Under the pieces are notes generated by a model, which saw only the letters and a program-made list of their open reading frames with translations, was not told the DNA's origin and did no database searches. Both the position numbers and the translations under genes were made by a program. 64,000 bases of DNA from Amoebophrya sp. A120 (Eukaryota > Protista > Dinoflagellata), in contig CAJINV010000001.1 in the NCBI GenBank assembly GCA_905178155.1, forward strand, positions 8,631,642 through 8,695,641, written 5' to 3'. Every line of letters starts with the position of its first letter. The stretch's first letter is position 1. Positions 26,688-38,009 of the stretch are shown here, piece after piece.

Positions 26688-26945
26688 ATGAGCTCTCCTT
26701 CTCCTGAAGAGACCGTGGCGTTTTTGCAAACGCACGGCGTCGTTTTTTCGGAGCTGCTTCAAGACTTGCTGCGCAAGAAGCCCGACCAGCCGTCTCTGTA
26801 CATCCTGCAGCGGCTCTGCGAAGAAGCTACCGCGAGAGAGTTGCGGGCGGCTGGATTAGCATTGACGCAGAAGAATAACGCAAGTAACCTATTGACGGCG
26901 CGAACATTGCTCGAAGACATGGAAAAGCGGGTGCTCCCCAAGTGA
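26688..26945 (+). CDS. Small protein with an RIIa/Dpy-30-like dimerisation/docking domain
   Basis: FLQTHGVVFSELLQDLLRKKPDQPSLYILQRL matches the D/D-domain pattern. Confidence 0.6.
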   Translation: MSSPSPEETVAFLQTHGVVFSELLQDLLRKKPDQPSLYILQRLCEEATARELRAAGLALTQKNNASNLLTARTLLEDMEKRVLPK

Positions 26946-27638
26946 TCTGAACGAGACAGAGGCACGAGGATGCAACGACGAATCCCAATCGATTTCCACA
27001 TGGCTTGAGGCTGCAAAAGCTTCTGCGGCAAATATTTTTCTGTGACTGAAAGATAAAGAAGAAGAACTCCATGGGAATGAATGACAGGACCAAGCAGTGC
27101 TTCTTCTGTGTTTTTGTGCCCATCCTGGTACTTTCATTTTCGTATGTCGTTCATTTTGCTTTTGGTTTTCGTGAATCGTCAGCATTCAAGCTCAGTTTCG
27201 TCTTCAACTCGAACTCGTGCAAAACGAAAATGAAGTTTCGTCATATCCAATTCGTGCACAATGAAAATGAAGTTTTGGGTTCAGTCGTGCGTCGTTCAAA
27301 TTCGTTTGCTACTTCTTGTGTTTGTTCGTGTGTAGTTTGTTAGAAATTGGATCTTTCGTTATCAGTGTCTTGTTTTCGTCGACCCCAGCCATCGCTTTCA
27401 TTTGATTTAAGGAGACAGGTTGACAACTAATACATACATGGCCGCGACTAGTATCAACACGTACAACATTCCCCCTGCTACAGCTATGAAGTTTTGTTTG
27501 AACTTAGTGTTGAAAAAGCCACGAGGTCACCAGCCCAGGAGGACCACACTAGACGATATAACACTAGACATGTGAAGACGAGATAGAGAATCACTTTCCC
27601 CCCATTTTTCCTTTGATAGACAGCAAATCGCTGACTGC

Positions 27639-30600
27639 ATGAGCAAGTCCACCTCTCCGACCCCGCCGGACAAAACGGCTTTGATGCGTGCGGTAATGGC
27701 GCAGGGAGGGCAAATTCGTTGCTTCCGCTGCCAAGAGGTGTTGACGCCGGAGAGCGATTTTCTGATCCACGAGGACGGGCACCACTTCCACCGCAACTGC
27801 TTCCGCTGCGTCGACTGCGGTCAGATCATCACCAGTGCACACCACGTGGCCACACCCGACGGGCGACTGCACTGCGCGGCCTGCTCACTGCCCCACTGTG
27901 ACCGGTGCGGGGAGTACATCACGGGCGCTATGATCATCTCGCCGCTGGACAGCGATCCGAATGTCGAGGCCCATTTCCACCCCCAGTGCTTCCTGTGCGT
28001 CACTTGCGGGAAAGTAATTGAGGGCCCCTGCTACCACGACGGCAACGACGGCCACCGCTGCGAAAAGTGCGAAATGAGCCATCGGGAAGAAGTAGCGACA
28101 CCTCCGGAGCAGGGCACATACGAGTTGGGTGGCCCGGAGCCTGAATCATTTCCAGTTCCTATTCCCGTGCCGAAAGGATCGAAAACAAATATCAGCGCGA
28201 GAACGATGTTGAGCACTAGCTCGGCTGAGGTAGAAGCAGGTTCCACCACGAAGAGAGACAGCAGTCGGCTCTTTGGCACCGGGGTTGGAGAAGTTACTGA
28301 AGAAAACCTATTTGATCTCGATCGAGGGTTGCTAACTGGTTCTTCCGGCGGCGAAGAACCTACTACCAGTACTACAGAGAAAAGCAGTAAGAAAAAGAAA
28401 CCTTTCGTGCAGCCTCCGGTCCCGAAACCGTCGGCAAATAGGTACAATGAAAATAAGACGCCGGCGCCTCTACCAATAGGAAATCTCAGACCAGGGGAGA
28501 AGCATCCGACCTCAGCACTCTACACGGATTTGGTGCACAAAAAGGCAGAGAAGGTGGTCCCGCACTTTACCACGCCGGACCATCCGGCGCTGGACATCCC
28601 GGTTTTTGTCTTCACAGATATGGACAAGTATAGTCCAGAGGACAGCGCGACAGCAGGAACGGCCCGTGCTGCTGCTGCACAACCGGTTCAACAACCCTCT
28701 AGAAGTGAATTGCCGCTTCCTGCGTTCACAACTGCGTCGGGAATGGACGTTACCTTTGCCCCGAGTGGCCCCATTCTGCAACAGCAGCGCCCAGTTGATG
28801 TTGTCCAGAGTGGGCTCGAGAATTCGGTGGCTGCAACGACTACCTCTACGGGTACGACGAGCAAGCGCAAGTCCGTTGCCTGGGAGACCGCGGAGCACCA
28901 GCCCACGGCACTGACCACCCTCCGCCCGATGCATGCGTTCACAGACTTGCAGCTGCAGCCGAAGAAGGTGGTGCGCGACAGCAGTGCGGCAATCATCGAC
29001 GCGTTTTTGCTCGGGCACAAAGCCCCGTACGTTGAGCTCCCCGAGTCGATAGCGAATAGTCCCAGGTTATCCACCTCCGGCGGTTCGTCGCCACGCACCA
29101 TAGACCGAATGCCGGACCCGCCGGTCGTCGCCCACAACCCGGGTTCGGCGTTGGATTTGGATCAGGCCTACCGACAGGTCTTTGGCGCCGACGCCGGGGT
29201 ATCCGCGTCCAGACACAGCGAGTTTGGAACGGCCGTACCCCCCTCTTGGGAGGCAGCGAAGGACCTCCACCCTCGCGGAAGTAGAAATAGGACATCAACC
29301 GCGGTAGACGCCCGCTTTGCACCCGTTTTCGCCGCCGCTCAGGAGTACCCTGGTCGGCGCTTGTCGGGAGAGGTGAAGGACCCGCGACTGCTCGCGGGGG
29401 AGCTGATCTACCGCGAGCAGCAGTACAACGAGCGCGTGCCGAGCCGAGAGCCGCGCTCGTGGGACCAGCAAATGAACCGCGGTTCTTACACCGGCTACCA
29501 GCCGGTCTTCCCGACGCAGAGAACACAGACAAACGCGACACAAACGCCGAACTTTGTTAGCGCTATTAACACGGCAACGCAGACTCAGCAGCTGCCTGCG
29601 AATAATGGCTCGCGGAGCGGCAGTCCAAGCAACCAATTCGCAGGCGACCCGCGGGACTTCCCGGCTGGCCTGCTGAAATACAACGTAAACAAGTTCACAG
29701 ACCAGTCGGAACTACAACAGCAACTTTTCACGCCCCGAGTTTTGAACTACCAGGCACCGACGTTGCGCACCCCCCGATCCTCGTTCTTGAACAACAACGG
29801 GGACAACGAAGTTCAGCACCACGAACTCATCACGAACAGTGCGATGAGCAAGAAGCAGGAACGACCACTCTTCTTCCGCCAGATGTTCAGCGGAGGCCTG
29901 TTTTCCACCTTCAGTCCGGCGCAGACGCGGTCAAATTCGCCCAACTCGCCCGAAGAGGTGAAGCGGCAGCTGCGCGGTCCGCGGGAATTCGCCGCTGTCG
30001 GGCAGCAGCTGCACAAGGACGTGGAAAGCATTTTCCGAAGAAAAGTGCCACACCCGGAGCAACAGCTCGAGCAGCTCCAGAACCGCGCGACGGAAATGAA
30101 AAACCAATTGCTGTTCGAAGTGGTGCATCAGGCGAAGCGGTCGGAGAATTTCCAGGCTTCGGATAAGGTAGTGAGTGGCGTAGTTTTCGTTTTTGCCAGT
30201 AGGTTGGACAGACTGTTTTTAGTTTTTGGGTCATTCGAATTCTTGTTTTCTGCATTATGTATTGGGTAAGTATAAACATGCACATTCAGATTCCGACGAT
30301 TTATTCAACGTGCATTTCCTAGTTGTCTTACTATCGCAATTCAACATCTCCAGGTTCTTTCCCGTTTCTCCATCCGTTCCTCGTCCAATGGTATGCGGCG
30401 TTCCCGTGGGGCAACGGATGGTAAGGCAGTCGACACGGACTCGGCGCTGGGTATTAGCTCCCAAAAGTACCCCTTCTTCGCCTTCAACGCGTCGGGTCCC
30501 GCGCGGGAGGCAGGGATGATTCCGGATACCGCCTACTACGAAGTCTCGTCGGACGTCGCCGTTTCCGAATCCCTGCACGGAGATGTCAGTCACGCGGAGA

Positions 30601-31733
30601 GCGAAAATGCGGGCCAGCGGGCCGCGAGCGCCACACCGCTGCTGCGGTTCCGCGAAGGGGCTGGCCCGATGTTGGCACTTGACAAACGCATCCGCGTCAC
30701 CGTGCCGAAATTGAAGGTGCAACATCCACCGCCAGCGTTCAAAGACACGCCCCTTGTACCGACGCCGCGCGGTGGCGCGGCTTCCGTGCCGCTGCCTCGT
30801 ACTGCATTCCCGCCTGCACCGCAAAAGCCAAGCGACATGAATTTGCTGGACGAGGTAGAATTATCAGAGAGCGAGCAGCAGCCAAGTAGAATAAACACTA
30901 GCAGTGTCGCGTCTTCTAAAAAAACGGCGGGTGCTGGTACAACAACCAGTGCGCTGAATAGGAAAATCAAAGGCAACAACGCCCCGCTTTTGCGGAACAT
31001 TCCACCTGTGCAACTGCAGATTCCCGGTGTAGAGCGGGGGCGCGCGAACATTCCGGCCTACCAATTTGCGTCCTCCGGCGAAACGAACCAAACGAGCAAC
31101 CAGCTGCAGCGGCTATCCGAGTTTGGAACGTTTGTCGCCGACCTGGCCGTGACTTCGGGGACGCAGCTGACCGAGATCGGATCCAGCACGATATCGAACC
31201 TTGGCCCTGTTCTAACCGACATTGGGCCGACGATGGAGAAGGCGGCCAACAACATCGGCCCTGCGGTCGAAAAGGCGGCCGAGGTGCTGCCAACGCTGCT
31301 GGGAAAGGCAGACGCCGCACTGGTAACCATCGGGAGTGCGGCGCAGCAGGTGGTGGCCGCGTTGCCGGCGAGCGAGGAGGTTGAGAAGGCCATAGACCAA
31401 ACGTTAGCCCTGGACGCTGCGCTGGGCTGCGAGAATAACGACAAGGTGGAGTCGGAGCCGGAAGTCGCCCTGCACCGGGAGGACTCGGTAGAGCACTTGT
31501 TTTTCCGCATAGACCACAGCCACGAGCACGGTTCGGGCGGGAGCTACCACCCGGAAGTGCACCGGAAGAGCGGGATGTCGGAGATGGCGGACGCGTTGGA
31601 AAGCAGACGCAAGAGGAAACAAGAACGGAAAGCAGAAGAAGAAAAATCCACGGGAATCAAGACCGTGGGCGCCCCGAGCCCAGCGAAACCGCCCGTGCCA
31701 GGGTCGGTGCAGAAAACCAGTTTTACCCTGTAA
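27639..31733 (+). CDS. Second LIM-domain protein (two LIM domains plus long disordered region)
   Basis: CFRC..HRNCFRCVDC..CAAC and CDRC..HPQCFLCVTC..CEKC. GT-AG intron 30168-30353 joins in frame to ORF 30393-31733. Confidence 0.8.
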
Positions 31734-32612
31734 ATGGTCTTCTGAAATTGTTGTAGATAACTCTCTGCTCATTAAGACAGCATCGACTTTCGAAAAAGTT
31801 TGACCACATGTGTTTGAGAAGTTGCTATCACGATCGTGTTCCCATTGATGTGGGATGAAATTCTGATGCTGTTAATATCCCCAAAGAACAACAGTAAGAC
31901 ACGAAAGTGAATCTTACTCTTAGCTACCCCGCGCTTCCTTTAGTTTCTACCTTTTCCTGACTCAAAAATAGAAGTTGTCGGACGAGCTCCGCTCTTGCGA
32001 GCCTAATCGCAGACGCGCTAATATCCTCGTGCTGTTCGTCCGGGATCTCGGCCACTGAGGAGAGGAGAAGTCACAGCAAATAAGTACTACGTATGACTTG
32101 AGTGCATTTTTTCTGTGCGAATTCGAATTCCAAATTGTCTCTTTCGAGAGCAAAAGGAAAGCTGCGAAGAGCTTTCGGGTTTGAGAGCAAAGATAAAGAA
32201 GCAAGCACTGTAGTTGATAAGGTCTTGCAGTCGACTTTTGCCACCGAGTGACCTGTCTGCGTCTGTGTGTCGTATTGCGTCTGTACCACGTCTGGTGTCT
32301 GGTGTCGTGTTGTGTTTTGTTGTCAATATGCATATTCGACTTCAACTGCGATTCTTGCATTGGGTGAAAATACTAGTTTACAATTTCGCTACTCGTATGG
32401 AAGTTTAGTATGAGGGGTCTGGATCCGGAAAGCCGGGGTTGGTCGACGTTCATTGAAGCCGCCCTCAGTCGAGGGCGGCTGTCAACATAGGCGGCGCCTG
32501 TGGACGACCTGCAGCTTTTGTACTACGACGAGCGGACTGATTTCGTCTCGCCTTCCACGGGATAGAGAAGTTCGGATTTCCGTTTCCCACTGAGGATACA
32601 TAGGGAACGAAG

Positions 32613-35600
32613 ATGCCGGCGGACGCTGCGGCTGCGACCACGCAGCCCCCCATGGATTTCCGGGAAATCCAAGATGCCGTCCGCGAGCTACCCGAAGACA
32701 TCGACTTTCCGGCTGTCATGGAGCTCCTGACCTCCAAACACACAGCAACGGTGGTAGATCGGCACATAAAAGCGGTAAGTTAGGACGAGATCGACGATGT
32801 CTATTGTTCGGTGAAAATTTATCATTTTGCAAATTTCTCATTTTCATCTTTTCCTTCTGGTTTTTGAAGCAATCACCGGAGGGACAGAATCAGGACGTCG
32901 AAAATGAATGGAACACGTAGAGCTGAAGTTATCATCTTCGTGCGTATCATGTCATCATCAAGATTCGCGACCGAAAACACAACTCCAGGTTATGAAAATA
33001 TGTCGGCAGTGCCAGAACGGTTTTCTCCTAAAACATCTGCCGTTCCTGGTTGAGCTTGTCGAAATAGCCGGCGCCAGATGGAAGGCCGGGCAACTGGAGT
33101 GGGCCGAACCCATTTGCGCGATCGCCCAGATTGGCGGACAACCCTTTAGTAGCTGCGCAACAGAAGACCTGCTGCAATTTGGGAAACATTTGCCATCCTT
33201 TGCCAACGCGGTGATTAGTATACTGCAAGACGCGCAACCGGAAAAGGATGCGCAGAGAGACATGATTAGAATAGAGGTACTGAAAAGATAATTTTCTTGG
33301 CTGCACCTGTATTCAACAATTTGTTTTGTATCGGGGGCGAGTTTTTTCTTCGCCAGCACTGCGCGCTCCAGTGGAGATTTCTTGCACGGTCAACGCCAAA
33401 AATAAATCAGATCACGTACATGATCGCGTCTATCGCACGATACGGGCTGGACGACGAATGGGTACAGGAAGGGCCCGACGACAGTGTGATTCAGAATGTA
33501 GCGTACACAGGGACCCCGAGTCTGCGACTTCTCCACCAAACCAACGTCATCGCCGAGATCGCACGGGTCTTCCGGATCGAGTACAGTATGCGACTGCACA
33601 ACTCCCCCCCGTCCCTGTCGTTGGTTTGTCATGCAAAAAACCAAATCCAGCTGCACTGCTGCCTTGTATCACTGTTTGCGTGACGGTGACAAATTCTGGA
33701 AGCCCACACAGCACTACAATCGGTGCATAAACCTGTCATACACAGCATACGTGTGTTCTGCCTGGTGTTTGTATTGCTGGTCATGCTATATGAGTGTTGA
33801 GGAGGTAGAGGGATCGTTGTGCACTCTCATATACAGCTCGGAGGCGCTAGTGATCATGCTGGGTGCGCTAAAAGACATGAGTTTGTTTCAGCCACTTGCC
33901 GTGCAAATCACCAACTGCGGGCTACTCAGCAATCTGATCGCGGTACTATGTATAAATGTCTTGCACCTTGTTTACGGAACGTTGAGCAAGAGGCTCAGAA
34001 GAAAGTTTGTTAGTACCGCGAACAAGAAACAACTCTTGCGCTTCTACCACTACAGGTGATCACCACAATTTTGTCGCTGAAAAAATATCAGGTCATTCGC
34101 AATAACCTCCTGGGCTCGGATGTCCTCTTGATTTCCGCAGAAATCCTTTGGAACGTGCTGGAACTGGACCGGGAGCACGCCTATCAAATGTAAAAATGTC
34201 TGGGTCTGGAAGAGTCCATGTTTGTCATGCGTGTCTGGCATGACTCTCAAATCTGTCATGCACGTTACCCAAGAGCGCCATTTTTCTGTCATGCAGAAAC
34301 GCAGCTCGTCATGCAGAATAGGCAACACCTAGAAGCTCAGAAACTTGTCATGCTGAGCCAGCACTTGTGGCCCCGTCATAATACGCCACCCTGCATCACA
34401 AGTTTCCAGACCCAGACATTTTTGCATTTGATAACGCCTCGGCCGCACTGGGCGCTATGGACGTGATGGAGTCGTTCGTTGTGTTTCTCACCACGGTGCT
34501 CCACGAGGGCTACCGGTACAAGGACAAAATCTTCCGGAACGACATGCTTGCGTTGTTGATCTTCATCCTCGGCCGGACGGAGAACCACGACAGCGCGGCG
34601 CGATCCGGCTTGGTGTGCTTACTGCTAAAACACGCAGCCGAGGGGCCCATTCGAGAGATGCTGGAAACGAGTAAAATCTTCGAGGAAGAGTTAGAGTCCA
34701 TCAAGGACGTGCCCACGACGATCTTTCTCCCCCGGAAGCTGAAGGACGACACGAGGAAAGCTCCGATAGCCTTGACCACCAGTGCCGAAGACATGGAGTT
34801 TCGGATTCTGATCTGGCGGGCCATCGCGAAAACGGCCGCGACGGAACGGTGCGCAGAGCTGATAGAAAAGTTCCTGTTCCCCAATTTGCTTTTGAGGTTT
34901 TTAGACGTGGTCTGCCTCGACCACTTCCAGTCGCAGTGGAGCCCCGACCAGAGGAAAAAGCTGCAGCTCGAAGCCATGCGGGTCTTGTTTTCCGTGGTAA
35001 GTAGATTTGCGAACTGCATTGGAGTGAGTAGGACGTCGCACTCACACTTTCTTCGTGTTGACCACTTAGTCTAGTTCACTTGGTACGCTAGTTAGCCGGA
35101 ACTGTCAAGCTCACTCTTTTTTTACGTAAAAATTGATGAAGAGCCACGGTACGATCCAAAATTCAGGTGCCACACTGCCCGAGCTCGTACTTGGAATCGG
35201 ATGGAAATGGTGTAGTAATCAGATTACTGCAGACGACGCAGGACCAGGACCTGCAAAAAGCATGCCTTACGCTGCTCCATCGTTCGTGCTTGGCGTCTAC
35301 CAGAGCGGATGGTACTGTTGAGACCGGTTTAATACACCGGCTTTGATGGAAACTGAATCTATTGCTTATTCGAACAATTGGTCTCAGTGTTCCACCACTG
35401 AAGACACGGCCTTCATGTCGTGGCACGGCAACATAATGCTCCCAGAACAAAAAATGTTCTTGTATCCCCTCCACTAGGTTTCGAGCAAATCGACATACCG
35501 CCATGCTGCATGCTGGACGAGTCGCACCTAGATGTCGTCGAGATCCTTCTGGAGATCTTCAGCCAGCGGAGCAATCCCTTCAGCTTGCGACAGCTCGCGT

Positions 35601-37050
35601 GCAGCATACTGGGCTGCCTGTGCCGACAAGACGAGGCGTACTCGACCAAGTTCCGCAAAGCGAAGGGCGTCGAGACCGTCGCGAAGGAAGTCCGGTGGCG
35701 CGCCCAGGGGGGCGAGTTGCAGGATCGCTTGTTTTTCATGCTGCACGTCGTCGACTGCGTCTGGTGCGCAATCGTGGTATGCATTGCAAAAGTATCGTAC
35801 TAGTATAAACTGCAATACAAATTGGCTGAGGAGCAGTTGCAGTACAAATTGAATTTGTAATGCGGTTTTGCCTTAGCAACTAGTGCTGGTCTAGATGCAT
35901 GATCGCAATTAGTACGAGGGCGATACTTTTGCACTGCATACGTGGGGGACACCAGTAACGAGGAGAGATTTCTGAAGCAGGGCGGTTTGTTTTCCCTCCT
36001 CGACGCGTTGGAGATGGCCCCGGTCATGCTCAGGAGGCACATTCTCGGGTGCATTGCAGACTTGGTGCAAAACAGCAACGCTGCCAGCCTCTTTGTGCAG
36101 TGGAACAGCGGCAAGACCATGAAGGGCGGGCTGAAGATCTTGCTCGAATTCTGGGCCGAGGAACAGGACATCGCAGAAGCGGTGAACGCGGAGGGGCTAC
36201 TACAAAATCTCGACTTTCCCCTGAACCCCAAACTGGACCCTCTCACGCTGGCGGATGCCGCAGAAAAAGGAGCAGCCTCCACCGGCGGGAGCGCCGGCCC
36301 AGCGGGAGGCAGCGCAACCGCACCACCAGCAGACGGTTTGCCTCGCTAATTCGTTTTCGCAAAATGCAATTTCTGTGCAGGTGCTTTTCGTGTGGACGTT
36401 TTTGTGAAAGCGAGCTCAAACTTTTCTTGCAACTGCTTTGCTTTTTTGCAACAAAAAAACAGCGTCGCCGACTGCAGATGCCGAGCATAAGGCGGAGGAC
36501 CTTTCAATACACAAACTGCAAAATCCTGCTAGCAGTACCATGGTTTTGGAGCTTGCTGCTCGGGTGGACCAAGATTCCCGGCCGAAGATATACGCAATTC
36601 TATCGAAAATCGGTTTCGAAAAGAATGAAACGCTCACCATGGAAGAAAGGCAAGCACTGGAACTACTCAGGTAGAGATTTGTTGATATCTTCTAGCTAAT
36701 AATTCTTGTCTCCAACACCCACTGACTTGTGAGATGAACACTTCTTGTCCCCCTGTGTCTCATGCATAGCAGATCAGCACGATCAGCATGCCAGATGTAC
36801 TTTCTACAAACAAATGAGGCTACTCCCCGAATGCCTGGCGCTGGAGCAGCTGCGACAAGTAGAGTGGAACCTGCAAGACTTCAAATTGCTCGCCCAGGAC
36901 CAGAAGTGGCTCGATGAGATGATATCGGAGCAGCGCACACGGACCGAGTGGATCCAAAACGTCCAGGGACAGCTATTCGAAGAGCACCAAAGTCAGCAAG
37001 TCGCGAACCTGCAGCGCTACTACGATGACATACGAAATCGGTTCAAGTAG
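32613..37050 (+). CDS. CFAP69: Cilia- and flagella-associated protein 69 (ARM-like), about 11 exons
   Basis: Spliced protein contains DRHIKA..QNGFLL, EILWNVLE..GYRYKDKIFRNDML, VDCVWCAIVG..NEERFLKQGGLFSLLDALE..ILG..W..LLEFWAEE and DSRPKIYAILSKIGF, which I recall as CFAP69 blocks. Canonical introns plus three TIR introners. Confidence 0.75.
33587..33831 (+). mobile_element. TIR introner C (245 bp) in CFAP69
   Basis: TIR TATGCGACTGCACAAC versus right-end reverse complement TATGAGAGTGCACAAC (14/16). TSD TACAG at 33582-33586 and 33832-33836. Excision gives FRIEYSSEALVIML in frame. Confidence 0.82.
34182..34433 (+). mobile_element. TIR introner D (252 bp) in CFAP69
   Basis: 30-bp TIR TATCAAATGTAAAAATGTCTGGGTCTGGAA with 1 mismatch. 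TSD ACGCC at 34177-34181 and 34434-34438. Excision gives ELDREHASAALGAMDVM. Confidence 0.92.
35778..35940 (+). mobile_element. TIR introner E (163 bp) in CFAP69
   Basis: 20-bp TIR TATGCATTGCAAAAGTATCG with 1 mismatch. TSD CGTGG at 35773-35777 and 35941-35945. Excision gives WCAIVGDTSNEERF. Confidence 0.9.
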
Positions 37051-38009
37051 AAGCAGGCTCCGGTCGTCTCGCTCGCCGTGGCCGTCGTGCCATGTCTGTT
37101 TACAAAAACACAATTTTAATTAGCACCTGTGTTTTAGATTAGAATCCGATACAATTACAAACAAGTAAGTCTGAATACAAACGTTTTTGCAAATTAAACA
37201 GCCATTGCTTGAAAAAGCAGTGCGCAGCTGTAGTGTCTATTCGTTCCAAAATATACATGATGTCTCATGCTGTCCTACAGCCGGAGATCACGCCACAGTC
37301 GCCGACTAGGTGTAGGTGTCGCCACGTTGTGTGGTCGAAGGCTCAGCTGAGATCATAGGATTTATCCGCGTATAAAATTATATTCCTAAACGACTTTTCG
37401 CCGCTCTCGTCATTGGGGGTTGAATGTACTGTTTCCTGGACGTCTGCATTGTAACAAAACACACATTGTGTACTAACATACCTACCACGGCCCGTGGACT
37501 TCAAACGAAATTCGTCAGCCGTCCGGCCTACCCCACAAATGAAAGTCGAAACTGTCACAGATTTTTCTATGTGGCACTGTCGCTTATGTACCAGTAGGGT
37601 GTTTTGTGAATAAAGTAGTTTTCTGTGTTCGAGGCATAAAAACCTGTTGATCTTGATTTTCTGAAGATTCGCATTGCTGTTGCTGTATCCACAAGGACAG
37701 ATGAAGAGGACATTTGCTGACGGATTTGGTTGATTATAATTCGTTTTGTTGTGCTCGCCAAATGAAATACATTATTTGTTGGCTTCCCTTGGCTCTTCAG
37801 GTTCGTTTGCTTTTCTGCTCAAAACGAAGACCCACACCGCTGCTGTTATCTCTTCTGCGCGATCCCAAGTGTCAATACAGGTCATGCAGTGACGGATTTT
37901 TGTGATGATGTGATTCTGACTTTGATCACATTTACCTAACAGCACAATTCCCATTTTTCGCCGGAACAGAGTTTCAAACTGAAGTCATCTGTTGCTCTTA
38001 GAAGGACGA

